Assembly (NCBI GenBank): GCA_023213395.1
Contig: CM041465.1
Coordinates: 155,317,741-155,381,740 of the forward strand
DNA from: Cycas panzhihuaensis
Lineage: Eukaryota > Plantae > Cycadophyta
DNA length: 64,000 nucleotides
Direction of reading: 5' to 3'
Made by a program: the position numbers and the translations under genes. The notes under the pieces are model-generated. The model saw nothing but the letters and a program-made list of their open reading frames with translations, did not search any database and was not told where the DNA came from. Position 1 is the first letter of the stretch. Each line of letters opens with the position of its first letter. This document shows positions 13,800 through 27,900 of the stretch, piece after piece.

Positions 13800-16700
13800 T
13801 ACACACACACACATACACACACACATAGATGTGTATTAAATTATTCGTCTACCTATATATGATCTACCTGTGTGATTATATTTAATCACGGGTTTAATAT
13901 TATTTTAACCACCCATTATTATATTTTGCACTCTCTATGATTAATACGATTAATATTTTTAGTTGTGATAATAATGTAGTTGATTGTGATGATATGTCAC
14001 TGTATTTGATTCAATTACAGCCAAATATTTATTATGTCACCCTTATAATATCTATATGTGTGTGATATATTAAGTCACCTAAGTTATATTGATGCTTGTG
14101 TAATGAGTTACATATTTGAAGTTGTCCTTTAAAGTCTATCATCTATTTGATTTTCTCAATCACATTTTGATTTGTATAAATTATTTTTTATTTATATAAA
14201 GGTTGTGCCATTGCATATTTATTTGATGCACTTGCCCATGGAGTATTAACAAATCACACTACCTAATATATCAACATATTGATTATATATCATTTGTGAT
14301 ATATTTTTAAATTATTTACATTGATATATTTTGTCAATGTTATTTGATATATTGAAGCCATTATTCCATAAAGTCACCTAAATAGAGTGTATTAAGTCAC
14401 ATTGACTTAATACAAAGACATTTTTTAATGTATTAAGTAAGGGCATAGTATATATATTATGTGACCTTTGATACATTAAAGAATTGCCCATTAATAGTCA
14501 TATACAATTTGTTATTTATCCTTTCACCATGTTAAAGTTATCTTTAGATCATTAAGCTTGATATAGTATTTACTACAAGTGGGCATATGTATTGTATTAT
14601 GTGTCATGTTATGGGAATCTTGTATTAATGATATGATGGCAATCTAGAATAAAGAACTCTCTTAATTAGTGGTGTTTGGCATATATAAGGTGATGTGAGG
14701 TGACATTGAGTCATGTTGATATGAGTGTTTTGGCACTCTTAATTGGTGATATATTGGTTGGTGATTTGAGGAGAAGAGAGTGTATTAAGCATGCTTCATT
14801 GTGGGTGAAGATAGTGATATGAGGCAAAGGTATACTTGTTGTGTGTGAGTTACATGGCAAGTTAATTAGGTGAGAATGGGTAAGATGAGGTAACAAGTTA
14901 CCTCTCTGAATATGATTTATGTGAGAGAGGGTTGATGGGTGAGATAGGGTCTGAGAGGGTAAGAAGGACAAGTTGAATGAGATAATCTAGCTATAAAATG
15001 AAGAAAGCTTTATTACTATTTTAGTATGACATAAATTATTGCACAAAGTTCATATATATGTGATTTATTCAATGAAATGGTGTGTTTTATTCATGATGTA
15101 TATTTGAGTTCTACTACATCAAATATGTATGAGGTGATAAAGAGGTTTAGAATTTGTTGTTTGTATGAGTGGTTATAATTTATAATAGATTGTTATACCT
15201 TGCTAGTTGGAGTGATGATAGCTTAAGGATTTATGGCTTGATTTGATGTTGGTTTAGTATGTATGCATATATGAACAAGTCTAATATAGAACTCAAATAG
15301 AGTGTTTGATGAATTCAAAGTGTGAATGCAAAAGTATATGACAAGATGCCTTAAAAATTAGTTATTCCTTTATTACGGTATGAAATAAGAGTTGGTTGTC
15401 TTGTGTATCCCTCTTAGATTAAATTACAAGTACCATGATATAAATGAGGAGGTTCGGTGCATCGTATGGTTTGCCTCCTATAGATTTATGGTAGAGCTAT
15501 AGTAGATAAGCATTAAGCATCTTATTAAAGTTGTTCATGGCATATATTCCCCTTGTTCTATGTGTTAGACTAGTCAAAAGGTTGCGATTTGATTCTGGAG
15601 GTGCATTAGAGTCCACACATCTTAGACGAACATCATAGCAGTAGGATTGTAAGAGTTTGAAGCCTATGGGATTATTTAGCTTACAAATAGTGTGATATAT
15701 AAAGGGGAAGCATTATGATTACTCCAGATATCAATTAATAAGTTTATGATATATTATGTTGAGTGTCATCTAATTACATGTTTATCCTTTAGTTCTTCAC
15801 ATTTTTGAGCTGATATTAAATAGTTGTAGAGGTTTATTTACCTAACATTATATTTGTTCAGAAGTAGGACTTAGTGAAAGATTGATGAGGAGGAGTTATT
15901 AGATGAAGAGACATAGATTATAACCCCATGTTCCATTGATGGTTAAAGACATATAGGATAATTGAAGATCAAGGATTAGCATTCTAGTCAAATCTTATGA
16001 TAGATACCAATGTTCTAATAAGTGTAGATTCATAATGGAAAGTTGTATTAGAGGAGTGTTATTTGGGATTTGGGTCCCTTATCTCTAAGGAAAAAACCTA
16101 GTTGGTTTACAAGTTGGTAAGACTTGTTACGTAGGAGATTTCATGTAAAAGAAGGATTTGGGTATGAGGAGACATTTATAGTAGTCTCTATGTTTATTGA
16201 TCCATTTGATCTTTACTTTAGTAACTTCAGATAGTTAGGTGTCATATCAAATGAATGAGATGATAGTGTTATTTAACAAAGACTTGAATAGGAGATTCAC
16301 ATGGCTTAAGTGGCTCAACCTCTTGGTTTAGTAAAAGGAATATGACTGAGTTTTATGGACAAAGTATTAGGTGTAAAGAGAGTTGTATAGTTGTAGGGAC
16401 TATTAGAGTCACATCCAAAAAATTAAGCACATACGAGGTATACAACCATTACATCCAATGACATATCAACTTAAGGAAGATATAGGTTAAAGTTTGTCCA
16501 AGTGGATATTAACTTGTGGATGTGTTCACCAAGCTCTAACTAAAGATGCTACATTAACGTTCGTGCATATTGGGTAAGGTTATCCTTTAGAGGGAATATA
16601 TTGCCAAGGATAAACCTTGATACCCCACATTTATATTAAGAGGGAATGTTAAAATATTGTATGCATTATTGACTAATATAAAGTGGGCCTAATTATGTAC

Positions 16701-16972
16701 CTACTTATAAGTAGAATATTCTTGATATTAGTGAGTTGATAGATTTAATAATGTAATTATATTATGGAATTTGAGATATATAAATATAGATCAAAGTCCA
16801 TCTATAATGTACAATACTAGTTTTATCAAAATGTAAATATAATATTATTTTGGTGGCTTTCTACCTCTAAGGGTTTCCCAGGATAATTTTGGTGTTCCAT
16901 ATATTTTTTCCTACTTAAATCTACTTTGTGTGAAAGATTCTATCAACTTGCTTACATAGGTGTTTCCTAATA
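12875..16972 (+). mobile_element. Element B: non-autonomous Copia derivative; LTRs 12875-13186 and 16647-16972
   Basis: Direct-repeat LTRs; TSD GGAAT/GGAGT; Met-type PBS TGGTATAAAAG at 13187; PPT AAGAGGGAA at 16638-16646. Only short relics of INT, RT and RH remain. Confidence 0.9.
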
Positions 16973-17424
16973 GGAGTATGTGATATTTTTATATATTTAA
17001 TATTTAATATATTGTTGTGGACCTATACAAAATCTTACTCACCAAAAGTATTAATAGATATAATATACATGATTATTTATATAAACATCCTATTAGATGA
17101 TGATGAGGCTCAAGAGATATAATAGGGTATTCATAAGGTGACGTATGCATAAATATATATATATATACCACTTAAAAACTTGATAAAGGATTAAGAAAGG
17201 AAGATTGACTTAGAGATATAATCATTTGATATCATAAAGAGTAGCTTTGAACTCCAACCTTTCCCCATAGTTTTTTTCACATTATTATCTCTCTTATAGT
17301 GTATGCTTTAATTCATGTTATTACTTGATATATTAATCTTACATTTATGATTTATGCATATTTCTCATGATATGATCAATTCATTGTACTTCTTTAATAT
17401 ATTTATATTATTCATAATTAGAAC

Positions 17425-20400
17425 TATTAAAATATATGACCATACCACCTAATGTAAAGTGGGCCTCCTATTTTTATGCCTAATTATGTGGAGGAATATC
17501 CTTGATTATGGTGATCTAATGGATGTATTTATAGTTATATTTGGCACTTTAGATCTATAAATATAGATCAAAGTGCATCCTTGTAATATATCATTTTTTC
17601 ATAATGTGAATTATTATTCATTTGTGGGTTTTCACTAATAAGGGTTTCCCACAGTAATATGGTGTCCCATGTGATCTACTTCTGCTTGTTATCTTTCTGA
17701 TGTGAAAGATCCTATCGATCTTGTGTGCTTCAGTTGTGTTTTCTAACATGGTATCAAAGCATGTAGGTCATACATAAGTAAATGAATGTTGTTGGTAGTC
17801 CAATCGATAGTGTCAGGTCATATTGGCTTGCCCTTAGTAGAGTGGTATGCCTGATGACCATGCAAAATAGCCATGATAGTGCAGATGATCGTTGAGGATC
17901 CTGGGAGCCCTCTATCCATTATTTGTAGGTACTTTGAACTACATAGAGGTGTGTGGATGAGCATTGACTCCATTGCCAGCCATGTGAGTGTCGTTTGAGC
18001 CTGCCAAAGGTGTTAGATTCTCATTTGACATTGCCACTGAGTTTGCATATTATAGAGTTGATTGCCAACCCTCTCTTACTGGTGGGAGAGTGAAGAAACC
18101 TTAATGAGGATGTTGTAGAGCCATGAAATAATATTATATGGCATCAAAACAAAGGTATACTCATTAAATATTCACTCGTTTGGTATTTTAGGGTTTTGTC
18201 ATACTCTTGTATATACACTGCTAAGTATGCATGATATATATATTGCCACTTAATTAAACGTGGTGATATGTAAACCCTGCATATGATTGATTGTAGTTTG
18301 CATGTGATTTGTTTCCTATAATATTGATCACCATGTCTGTCCACTAAAATTTTATCTAGTGTGTGATTATGGATATATTCTGGGTGAAATTATTACATGT
18401 TACGTTGCTTTATTACCCAAAATGAATATTTTGTTTGCCCATTAATAAATACATTGATTGGTAATGTATTTGAGCTTCCCTCACATGTTGTTATGATATT
18501 GATGCCCATGAGATTTTGTTGCTCAACTACTTTATTTACTCGTTGGGTGTCTAATTATCCAATTTCCAGTTGCGTCTGTTCATCGCATGATGAGTGTGTT
18601 CATATAAGGTCACCCCTGCATTTGTGTGTTAGTAGCTAAGCATGATTATATTATCACCTATCTACATGGATCTATGTGCAATCTACATGAATATAATCTT
18701 AGCCTTATGAATTTGTAGTTGTTGGTCATCCATTTAAAGTAATTGTTCATATTATTATGTTTACCCATGATAAAATCGTGTTCACTCCTTGATGGATAAG
18801 TAGTTTGCCTTATGTGTTTTTCACCCTGTATGTGATATATGAATATCTTTCATATTATGGTCATTGCCATAGTTGTATTGACATTACATCACTAATGGCA
18901 GTGAGTTGATGTTGCAGCCACCATCATCGTTGCCTATTTTTTTTGTCACCTATTTTATCTTCGCCATTGTACATGTGATGAGTTGATCGTCTGGCTGATG
19001 TCACAGTCGATATGTATATTTGGCACTGTCGTCTGATAAATTTGACTATGATCCACTGAGTTTACCATGTATTACCATCATCGTTTATGCAAAGGTTGAA
19101 GTGATTTGATCATTATTCAAGTTTCTTGCCCTTTGATTTAATAATAAATGCTTTATTAAGCTATGTGTTGATGTAACATCCGCCCTTCATACACTCTCAC
19201 CAATATTCTTTATCAATCATTTTTATATTTGAAGGTGCCTTTTATTAATTCACCTTATTTATAAAGTTGTATTACTTTTATGAATACCTTGATATATTTA
19301 GAGTTACTCAATATACTAGGTTATCATTTGATGTCTCGTTTGGTAATTGTACTTTGACATTTTTGATAAGAGTATGTATATTTTCAAGTAGCCTAAATAT
19401 ATTTTATAAGGTTTCATATTGATATATGGTGAATAAGGCAACTTTATGGTATGGCGAAGTGATGAATCTTAAGTGATGTTTGAGACTCTCTTGCATGCGA
19501 TCGTATGAGAGAATTGTTAAGATGGTGTCAATGGCAAAGCAAGTGGTTACTAGTCCTTGTTGTATGTGACTATATGACAAGGTTTAATGGGTGACATAAG
19601 GTGTGCTTACGAGGTGAAGTTGGCAACAATCTAACCTTTTTGCATATGAGATACATAAGAGAGGATTGAGGGCATGTATGAGGGTAAAGATGGGCAATTT
19701 TGATATGGTGATGTGATACTTGTTGCATGTGTGTTAATGGCAAGATTGGGTAAAAATTCGGTAGGTTTTATGAGTGAGACTAAGGGAAAACTTGGGTGTG
19801 TTTGAGGACAAGTTTGAGGGTAATGATGGACAAGAAAGGGTGAAGTTTGAGTGAGATACCTTAATTGCAACTTAATATAAACTCTGTTACTGTTTGAGTG
19901 TGGCATTGATCATTACATAAAATTCATGGTTTATGTGATTATTTAGTGAAATAAGTGTGATTTATTCATGGTATACATTTGAGTTCTATTACATCAAATT
20001 TATATGAGGTGATGATGTTTAGAATTTACTTGTATGAATGGTTGTTGGACCATTATACGTTTCTAGTTGGAATGTTAGCATGAGGTGTGTGGCCTGTTTT
20101 GATGCTAGTTCAACATGGGTACATATTTGAACAAGTCTGATATGGAACTGAGATAATGTGCTTGATAAATTTTAAGTGTTATTGGAAAGGTCTAAGATGA
20201 GATGCCTTAAAATCAGTTATGCTTTGTCATGGCATATACAGTTGGCCTGTAAGGTTACATTGTAGGTGAATATCATGATGTAGATGGTGAGGTTAGTGCA
20301 TGTTTTGGTTTTGCCTCCCATGGTTTGATGGCAGAAACTGTAGCAAACAGGTATGGGTACCCTTGTTGTGAATATTTATGGCATGATTTCCCCTCATGTG

Positions 20401-21821
20401 TTTTGTGTTTGGACCAAGTTATATGCCTTCTACTTATTTCCCTTCATGCATTAGAGTGCACACATCTTAGACAAAGATTACAGTAGTAAGATTGTAAGAG
20501 TTTAGAGCCTATTAATTGTTTAGCTTACAAATAGTTTAATCTAGAGGGGAAATTCATTGTGATCAGTCTAGATGTTATAGAGTTATTGACATATCATATT
20601 GAGTGTCATTTAGTTACAGATTGCAGCAGTAAGATTGCAAGAGTTTGGAGCCTATTAATTATTTAGCTTACAAATAGTTTGATCTAGAGGGGAAATTCAT
20701 TGTGATCAGTCTAGATGTTATAGAGTTATTGACATATCATGTTGAGTGTCATTTAGTTACAAGTTTTATCCTTCATTACTTTACTTTTCCAAGTCATTAT
20801 TCAGCAGGTGTGAAGGTTTGTTTTCCTAACATTGTGCTTGAGATGGAAGTAGGATTTAATGACAGATTGATTATGAGGAGTTATTAGATGATGAGGCATG
20901 GATTGCAGCCCTAATTTCTATTAACAGTTGAAGACCCACAAGATGATAGAAGATCATGGATCAACATTCTAGTCAAAGCTTGAGATAGATACCAATGTTC
21001 CAGTGAGTACAAATTCACGATGGAGTGTTGTATTGAAATAAGTACTTTAGTAAGCTTGTTGCATAGGTGGTCTCTAGCAAGAAGAAGGATTAAGGTATGA
21101 TAAGATATTTAGCACTAGTCTCTATATTCATTAGTCCATTTGATCCTTACTTTAGTAACTTCAAATAGTTAGGTATTATATCGTATCATATTAGTGTTAT
21201 TTAATGAAGACTTCAAGAGGCAATTCACATGGCTTAAGTGGCTCATCCTCTTGGTTTAGTCAAAGGAATATAGTTGAGTTGAATGGATGAAGTGTCAGGT
21301 ATAGAGAGAGTTGTATGGTTGTAGGTCTGTTGGAGCATTTCCAAAGGATTGAGCACATACGAGGCATTCCACCGTTACATCCGAGTGAAAATCACTACAT
21401 CAATGTTCATTCATATTAGGTTGGGTAAGGTTATCCTTGAGAGGGTATTTATTCTCAATGATAATCCTTTTTGCCCCACATTTACATTAAGAGGGGATGT
21501 TAAAATATGTGACCATACCACCTAATGTAAAGTGGGCCTCCTATTTTTATACCTAATTATGTGGAGGAATATCCTCAATTGTGGTGACCTAATAGATGTA
21601 TTTGTAGTTATATGTGGCACTTTAGATCTATAAATATAGATCAAAGTTCATGCTTGTAATATATCATTTTGTCATAATAGGAATTATTATTCATTTATGG
21701 GTTTTCACCCATAAGGGTTTCCCATAGCAATATGGTATCCCATATGATCTGCTTCTGCTAGTTATCTGCCTGATGTGAAAGATCCTGACGACCTTGTTTG
21801 CTTCAGTTGCATTTTCTAACA
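17425..21821 (+). mobile_element. Element C: same family as B; LTRs 17425-17748 and 21498-21821 (324 bp each)
   Basis: LTRs differ at about 32 of 324 positions by manual count. TSD AGAAC/AGAAT; PBS TGGTATCAAAGC at 17749-17760; PPT AAGAGGGGA. The internal region is largely colinear with B. Confidence 0.93.
20476..20761 (+). repeat. Tandem duplication, 2 x 143 bp, inside C
   Basis: Units start at 20476 and 20619. B has a single copy at ~15630-15780. Confidence 0.92.
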
Positions 21822-23302
21822 AGAATATTCTAATATGGTATTAGAGTTAAATTCTAAATTTTAACATGGTATTATAATTGTATTATGAAAGATCTTATGG
21901 AAATAGGCTGCAAGTCTATATACAAGATAGTTGATGAGTCAATATAAGAGGTACTATAAGGAGGATTTTAATGAGTTAAAAATTAAGTATGCCACTAACA
22001 TATGACTAAGATTTTGGGGTGAGATAAAAGTGATGAAAACCATATACAAGAGATTGAAACCACATATAGGAGATAAATACAACAAACTCATGGTATCTTA
22101 ATATATTGATTTATTATAGGCATATATTTAAGCATAGTGGATCTATATATTTAAAGCATTTAGGTTTGAAGTTAGTCCATTAGATGAAGAATATTATTAC
22201 TAGTTACAATTACCAATATAAGTCATCCACCTATAGAAGTGGTTGAGATTTTGTGACGTTAGACACTTCACCAAATCTCATAATTAGCAATAGTAAATTA
22301 TTTAAGATGTTATGAGAATATGATAGCCCAAGTAAGACCAATCATCTCATAAGAGAAAAAAGACTACAAGTGCTCCATTAGAATAAGTGAAATAGGTGAT
22401 AAACCCATGTAGCGTTATTATATGACAAATATTAATATCAAGATTATTAAAAGGTATAAATAAATATGTCCATTACATTATGAACGCGAATACAGAATGT
22501 TAAGAAGAAAAAATTTCATGGCACTTGTATTGATTTAAGTTTTAAATATGAATGCTCAATTTAGAATTTACAATTGATGAAAATTAAATTCTTAAGTATA
22601 CATGAGGATATACTATTGTTACTTTTAGTATAACCTTTCATCTAAGAGTCCATTTTTGAAAATTTATTTTTCTTAGAAATAGAATTTTAATATGGTCAAA
22701 ATGAATGGTGACAAGACATATTTTAGAGATCAAATGATAGAGATTTTAATAGGTAAAGTTTAGTAAAGTGGCTTTGACTTGATAAAACGTGTTTTTTCTT
22801 AAAAGTATTTTCACATCTATTTTAGCATTTTCCAATGTTTTGTAAGGCTACCAATTATATTCTAATACTTGTTAATAAAATTTGATGAAATAAAAAATAA
22901 ATTTAATTTAAAATAAAGACATTAAGTTTTATTAATAATGTTTTAAGGCTCAAAATTAAAGAAAGATTAATGATGTAGGCATATTTGAAGTAAAAATTAA
23001 TGTAGGTATCTTACATATGTTAAACATATTAAAATCCCATTTAGAATTTACTTATTTAGCTTAGTGGATGTACAACACTAGTCAAATGATATATTTACCT
23101 AGTTTATTATACACTTGTTTAAATAAATAATGATTGACAATACTATATGATATTTTATAAAGAGCCTAGTTATTTATTTATTAAAAATTTGATATGATAA
23201 TTGAGTAAAATTTCTACCTATTTATAAGACATGGAGAAAAAATCCTATACATTATTTATGTGGTACCAAATTTAGTTGTTAAACTTATCTAATTAATATC
23301 CT

Positions 23303-23501
<199 letters not shown>

Positions 23502-24341
23502 AATCTAACTTTCCATATATGAAAAGAGGCATAGAAACATACTATTTATATTTATCTTATTATAACTAATTTATCTTGGATAAGTAGTATGCCCTCTTCC
23601 TATAATTAATATGTTTGGATGATTGATTATTAATGATGATGAGTTATTTATTAATTACCCAAAGAAATTTGTAACTGTGTAAAAGCATTGGTGAAGACAA
23701 TACATAAGTTATTTGCTCATATATAAAAGGTGAGATGAATAAGTATACTCTTTTACAATACATATCTTGTATTGTTATTCTTGTATGCAAGAGGTGAGAT
23801 AATCATATTATTCTTGTTTGCTAATAAACCACCTATATAAAATAACTTCTTAAAGAACTAATGATTATAATAATTGGTTACCAATATATTTTAGTAGATA
23901 GTGGTTGTTTTATATGGCCTTTAATAATTACTTTTATTTATCAGATTATTCAAATGATTAGTTTATAGTATTGATGATTGATCGTGGATTTATAAATAAA
24001 GATATGAAGTTGTTGAGGAGAGAGCTTCATATAAATATGATAAGTGAAAGTCATGAAATTAAGATTAGTTATTTATTATTTAGTGATTAGTTTACGAGTA
24101 TTTTATAGGTGATGATCATAGTTACTCCTTGATGATAATAAATGACTATAGCTTATTACAGGTTAATTACTTATATAAAATAAGAATGATATTGATAGAT
24201 TTATAAGTTACAAGTGATACAACTTTATTTAACTTAATATAAGTTTATAAATTCTAGTATATAAGAAAAGATATAAAGATATTTAAGAGCAAGAATAAAG
24301 ATAAAGGTTATAAATTAAAGATGTTAAATATTAAGGAGGAG

Positions 24342-24866
24342 CATTAGAATATGTAGTATTTGAACATGTCTAATATTTGATGTATTATTGTAGACCCATA
24401 CAAAATCCCACTTACTAAAAGTATTGATAGATATGATATATATAATTATTTATATAAACATCATATTGGAGGATGATGAGGCTCAAGAGATATAATAAGC
24501 TATATATGAGGTGGCATATCTATAAATAAATATATACCCCTCTTGAGAAACTAGGAAATAATTGAGAAATAGAGATTGACTTGGAGATGTAATTATTTAA
24601 TATCATAAAGAGGAGCTCCCAATTCCAACCTTCTCCTATGGTTTTTTTTGCATTAAGTTTTCCACATATAAATATGTTATGTCACTTATGATGTATGCTT
24701 TTTATGTTTATATTTTATGTTATTGCTTGATATATTAATCTTACATACATAATTTATGTATATTCCTTATGATATAATTAATTCATTATACCTCTTTGAA
24801 ATGCTTCTAGTATACATAATAAGTATATTCTAATATAGTATCAAAGTAAAATTCTAAATTCTTACA
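24342..24866 (+). repeat. Element A 3' LTR (525 bp)
   Basis: Colinear with 16978-17424 plus 21827-21866; ends CTTACA. Confidence 0.88.
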
Positions 24867-24871
24867 TGTCA

Positions 24872-24986
24872 AAGGTTTATAGGTGAGTAGAAATTAAGAG
24901 TAATACCTTTGAAGATAGTGCATGTTAATCAACCTTTTGAAAAATAGAAGTTAGATTTTATAGGTCTTACAAATCCACCTCTAAGT
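24872..24986 (+). pseudogene. Gy2 integrase piece 2
   Basis: Reads PL..V.VNQPFEK*KLDFIGLTNPP and continues directly from 12865 via TSD TGTCA. Confidence 0.88.
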
Positions 24987-27900
24987 TTTTAGAAATTAAT
25001 CACAGCTCTGATGCCATGTTAGAATTTACTAAAGTAGCAGATAAATGCATATAACTCAAGCCATATTCAAAATACACTACTAAAATAGCATTGCATTAAT
25101 CCATTGTGAAGAGAGTACAACATGATTTCCAATATATGGTAGTGTTGATGAATACTAGGGTTTAGAACCCCATAGAATATATACTTTGAGGAAGGAGGGA
25201 AACCTCCTTAACCTCCAATTCAAAATAATATAAAATAATAACTATGTACAATAAAGTAATCTTATCCTAACTTACCATTAAGATGTATGTACTCACATGT
25301 TTTTAAGATGGAATCTAGGTGAGGAACATTAAGCCCATGATACTCCCCCTTAATGTTCATCGTGTTTGTCTTCTACTTCTCCTTCAACTTGCGGTATAGA
25401 TGTTTTAGGAATACTTTAAAAAAATAATTGTACCCATGTCTTGTAACTTCATCATCAACTTTAAAGTGATCTTTAATTTATACCATTATCTTTTCCATAT
25501 AATCTTCAATATTTTGTAGTCCAAATATAGGTGTGAGTTGCTTCAAATAAATATGAGTGCCTCCATCTTTGAGTCAATCCTTTTGATGAGAGTCAACTAG
25601 GTCAAATATAGATGTAGCTTCATCAAATGCATCATTATGTTCATCAATTTTATTAGAATATTTAGCATTATATGTCACATTAGACTTTTCATTAAGAAAT
25701 ACCTATTATATCATCTGTCTTATATAAAATACATCATTAATATAGTTAAATTTACTTAAATCAAAAACTTCTCCCATATAAAGTGAATTGAGAATATCCT
25801 AAATAAATTTAGATGTGGTTATATCACAAACATGGGTAAGTACATTATCATCTATGGTATAAAGCATTAGTGCTAGGACTTCATTATTCTTTTTAAAATT
25901 TTCTCTAAAATCTAATTCATTTATTAGGTAACCATATTCTACAAATTTTTAAAGTCATTTATAATAAAGTGTGATTTTAACATATATCTCCAAATCTTAA
26001 AATTTATTTCATCAAATATGAGAAACCTAGTTTTAATATCATTCATAGCCATTGCAATCAATGAATCATAACATTTAATAAAATAAGAGGTATAACTCCT
26101 TAATCAATGTAAGATAGATATTTTCTTTTGAAATGAGATAAACCTTTTAAAGGATATATATGAGTCTTAGAATTAGAGAGCAATATAATATAATGTATCA
26201 TTGTGTGTTTGAGCTTTCAAATATGATGGAGATGGCCTAAACTTAATTTGAATATGTCTTTTATATGAGAGTCAAAGAACTTGAAGTATATAATGAGTTT
26301 TTAAATGATTACTTTCATAAATAAAAAATAACTTGATACTAAAGGATAATATATCCTTTTAATGAATGTTATTTACACATTGATTTTTATAAGACTTTAA
26401 AAGTAAACTTAATATAAAAGAATAATATGCCAATGCAATGAAATACAACTTGAAATACTTTTCAATATTGAAATAGAATAAAATGATCTTCTAATTTCAA
26501 TTACATATCAAGGATAATTAACCATTAGATGAGTCCTTTTAATTCAAGGAAATTATGCAAGTGATTCTAAAATGTGCTCCTTAAAATATAAAGTAAGCAA
26601 CTTGCTTAAAAGAAAGTATCTTGAAATATATATGTATGCTTCTTCAATTGAATGCTTTACTGCAAAGTAGCTTAACCAAAAAATAAGATGAAGGTTTTCT
26701 TATGAAATTAAAAAAGAGGAAGCTTATTGAAAAAGTAACTTTAAATATCTTTTAATAACTATATGTACCTTTAATCATATTATATTTAATGAGTCAATAA
26801 TAATATAACCAAGTGAATCAAGGAGATAATATTTTCAAATGCTTAAATATTCTTTCAATCAAGGAGATGAACCTTTCAAATGCTCAAATGCTCTTTTAAT
26901 CAAGGAGATACACCTTTCAAATGCTCAAATACTCTTTGAATTAAGGAGATGAACCTTTCAATCTTTGAATAATATTTCAATCAAGATAGCTAATCAATCT
27001 TTAGAACTAATAAGATTTTTGAAATGAAGACAAAACTTATAATCCTTTTATAAAATAATGAATATAAATGGCTTATAATCTTTTCATCAAAGATGTATAT
27101 AATAGGCCTTATAATGAAAGATGATGTATATAAAGATGCAATGATATCTTTGAATAAAACAAGCCCTAAAGCTTGAAGAATCAAACCAATAACCAATAAC
27201 ATATGCAATGATGTACTTATATGATTTCAAGAGATATAATGACCTTAAAGTAAATAAAAATTACTTCAACTTATGAAATAATAAGCTCAAAGCACATAAT
27301 ATTGCTTGCAAATGCTTTTAGATGTAATGTAAGTGAAATGAAAGCGAGCTCTTTAGTTGGATTCTTTTGTAAATAAGGTGTACTTTTTTAAAGTATTCAA
27401 GAAGGAAAATGGCATTAAATAGGCATAAATACTCAAAGAACACTCCTTAAATAAGTAAGAAATCCACTTAGATTCACTTTTAGATGTAATGAAAAGAAAT
27501 AAAAAGGTAAGAGGTACCTGTTTATAGCTTTTGAATGTAAAAGGGATCTTATTACTCTAAAAGCCAAAAAGGATGCTAAAAGGCTACAAAATAGCTTATA
27601 AATCTTATAATCACCATAAAATATCATCAATAATTAGTTAGTATATAAATATCAATCAAATATATTCAATTGGAAAGAAAATTTAGCTCAAAATATCTCC
27701 AAAAGTATTTAACTAGGACTGAAACAAAGCCTTCAATTAAGGAGTTTTAATGACCTATAAAATAATGTTAGAATGTTATGAAACCTATTATATTACAAAA
27801 AACTCTAAAAACCTTTCCAACGATATAGATGGCTTGAGAAACAAAACAAAGCTATGGAACTCAACTTATTAATGAAACGGTGAAAAGACCTATTTATGTC

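Noticed and set aside
17697-17712. CTGATGTGAAA in the C LTRs as a hammerhead (retrozyme) core
   Set aside because: It is not CUGANGA, and there is no stem II between the two boxes.
26816-26987. 41-bp repeats as a CRISPR-like array
   Set aside because: The units are contiguous with no unique spacers, there are no cas genes, and the context is a eukaryotic TE.
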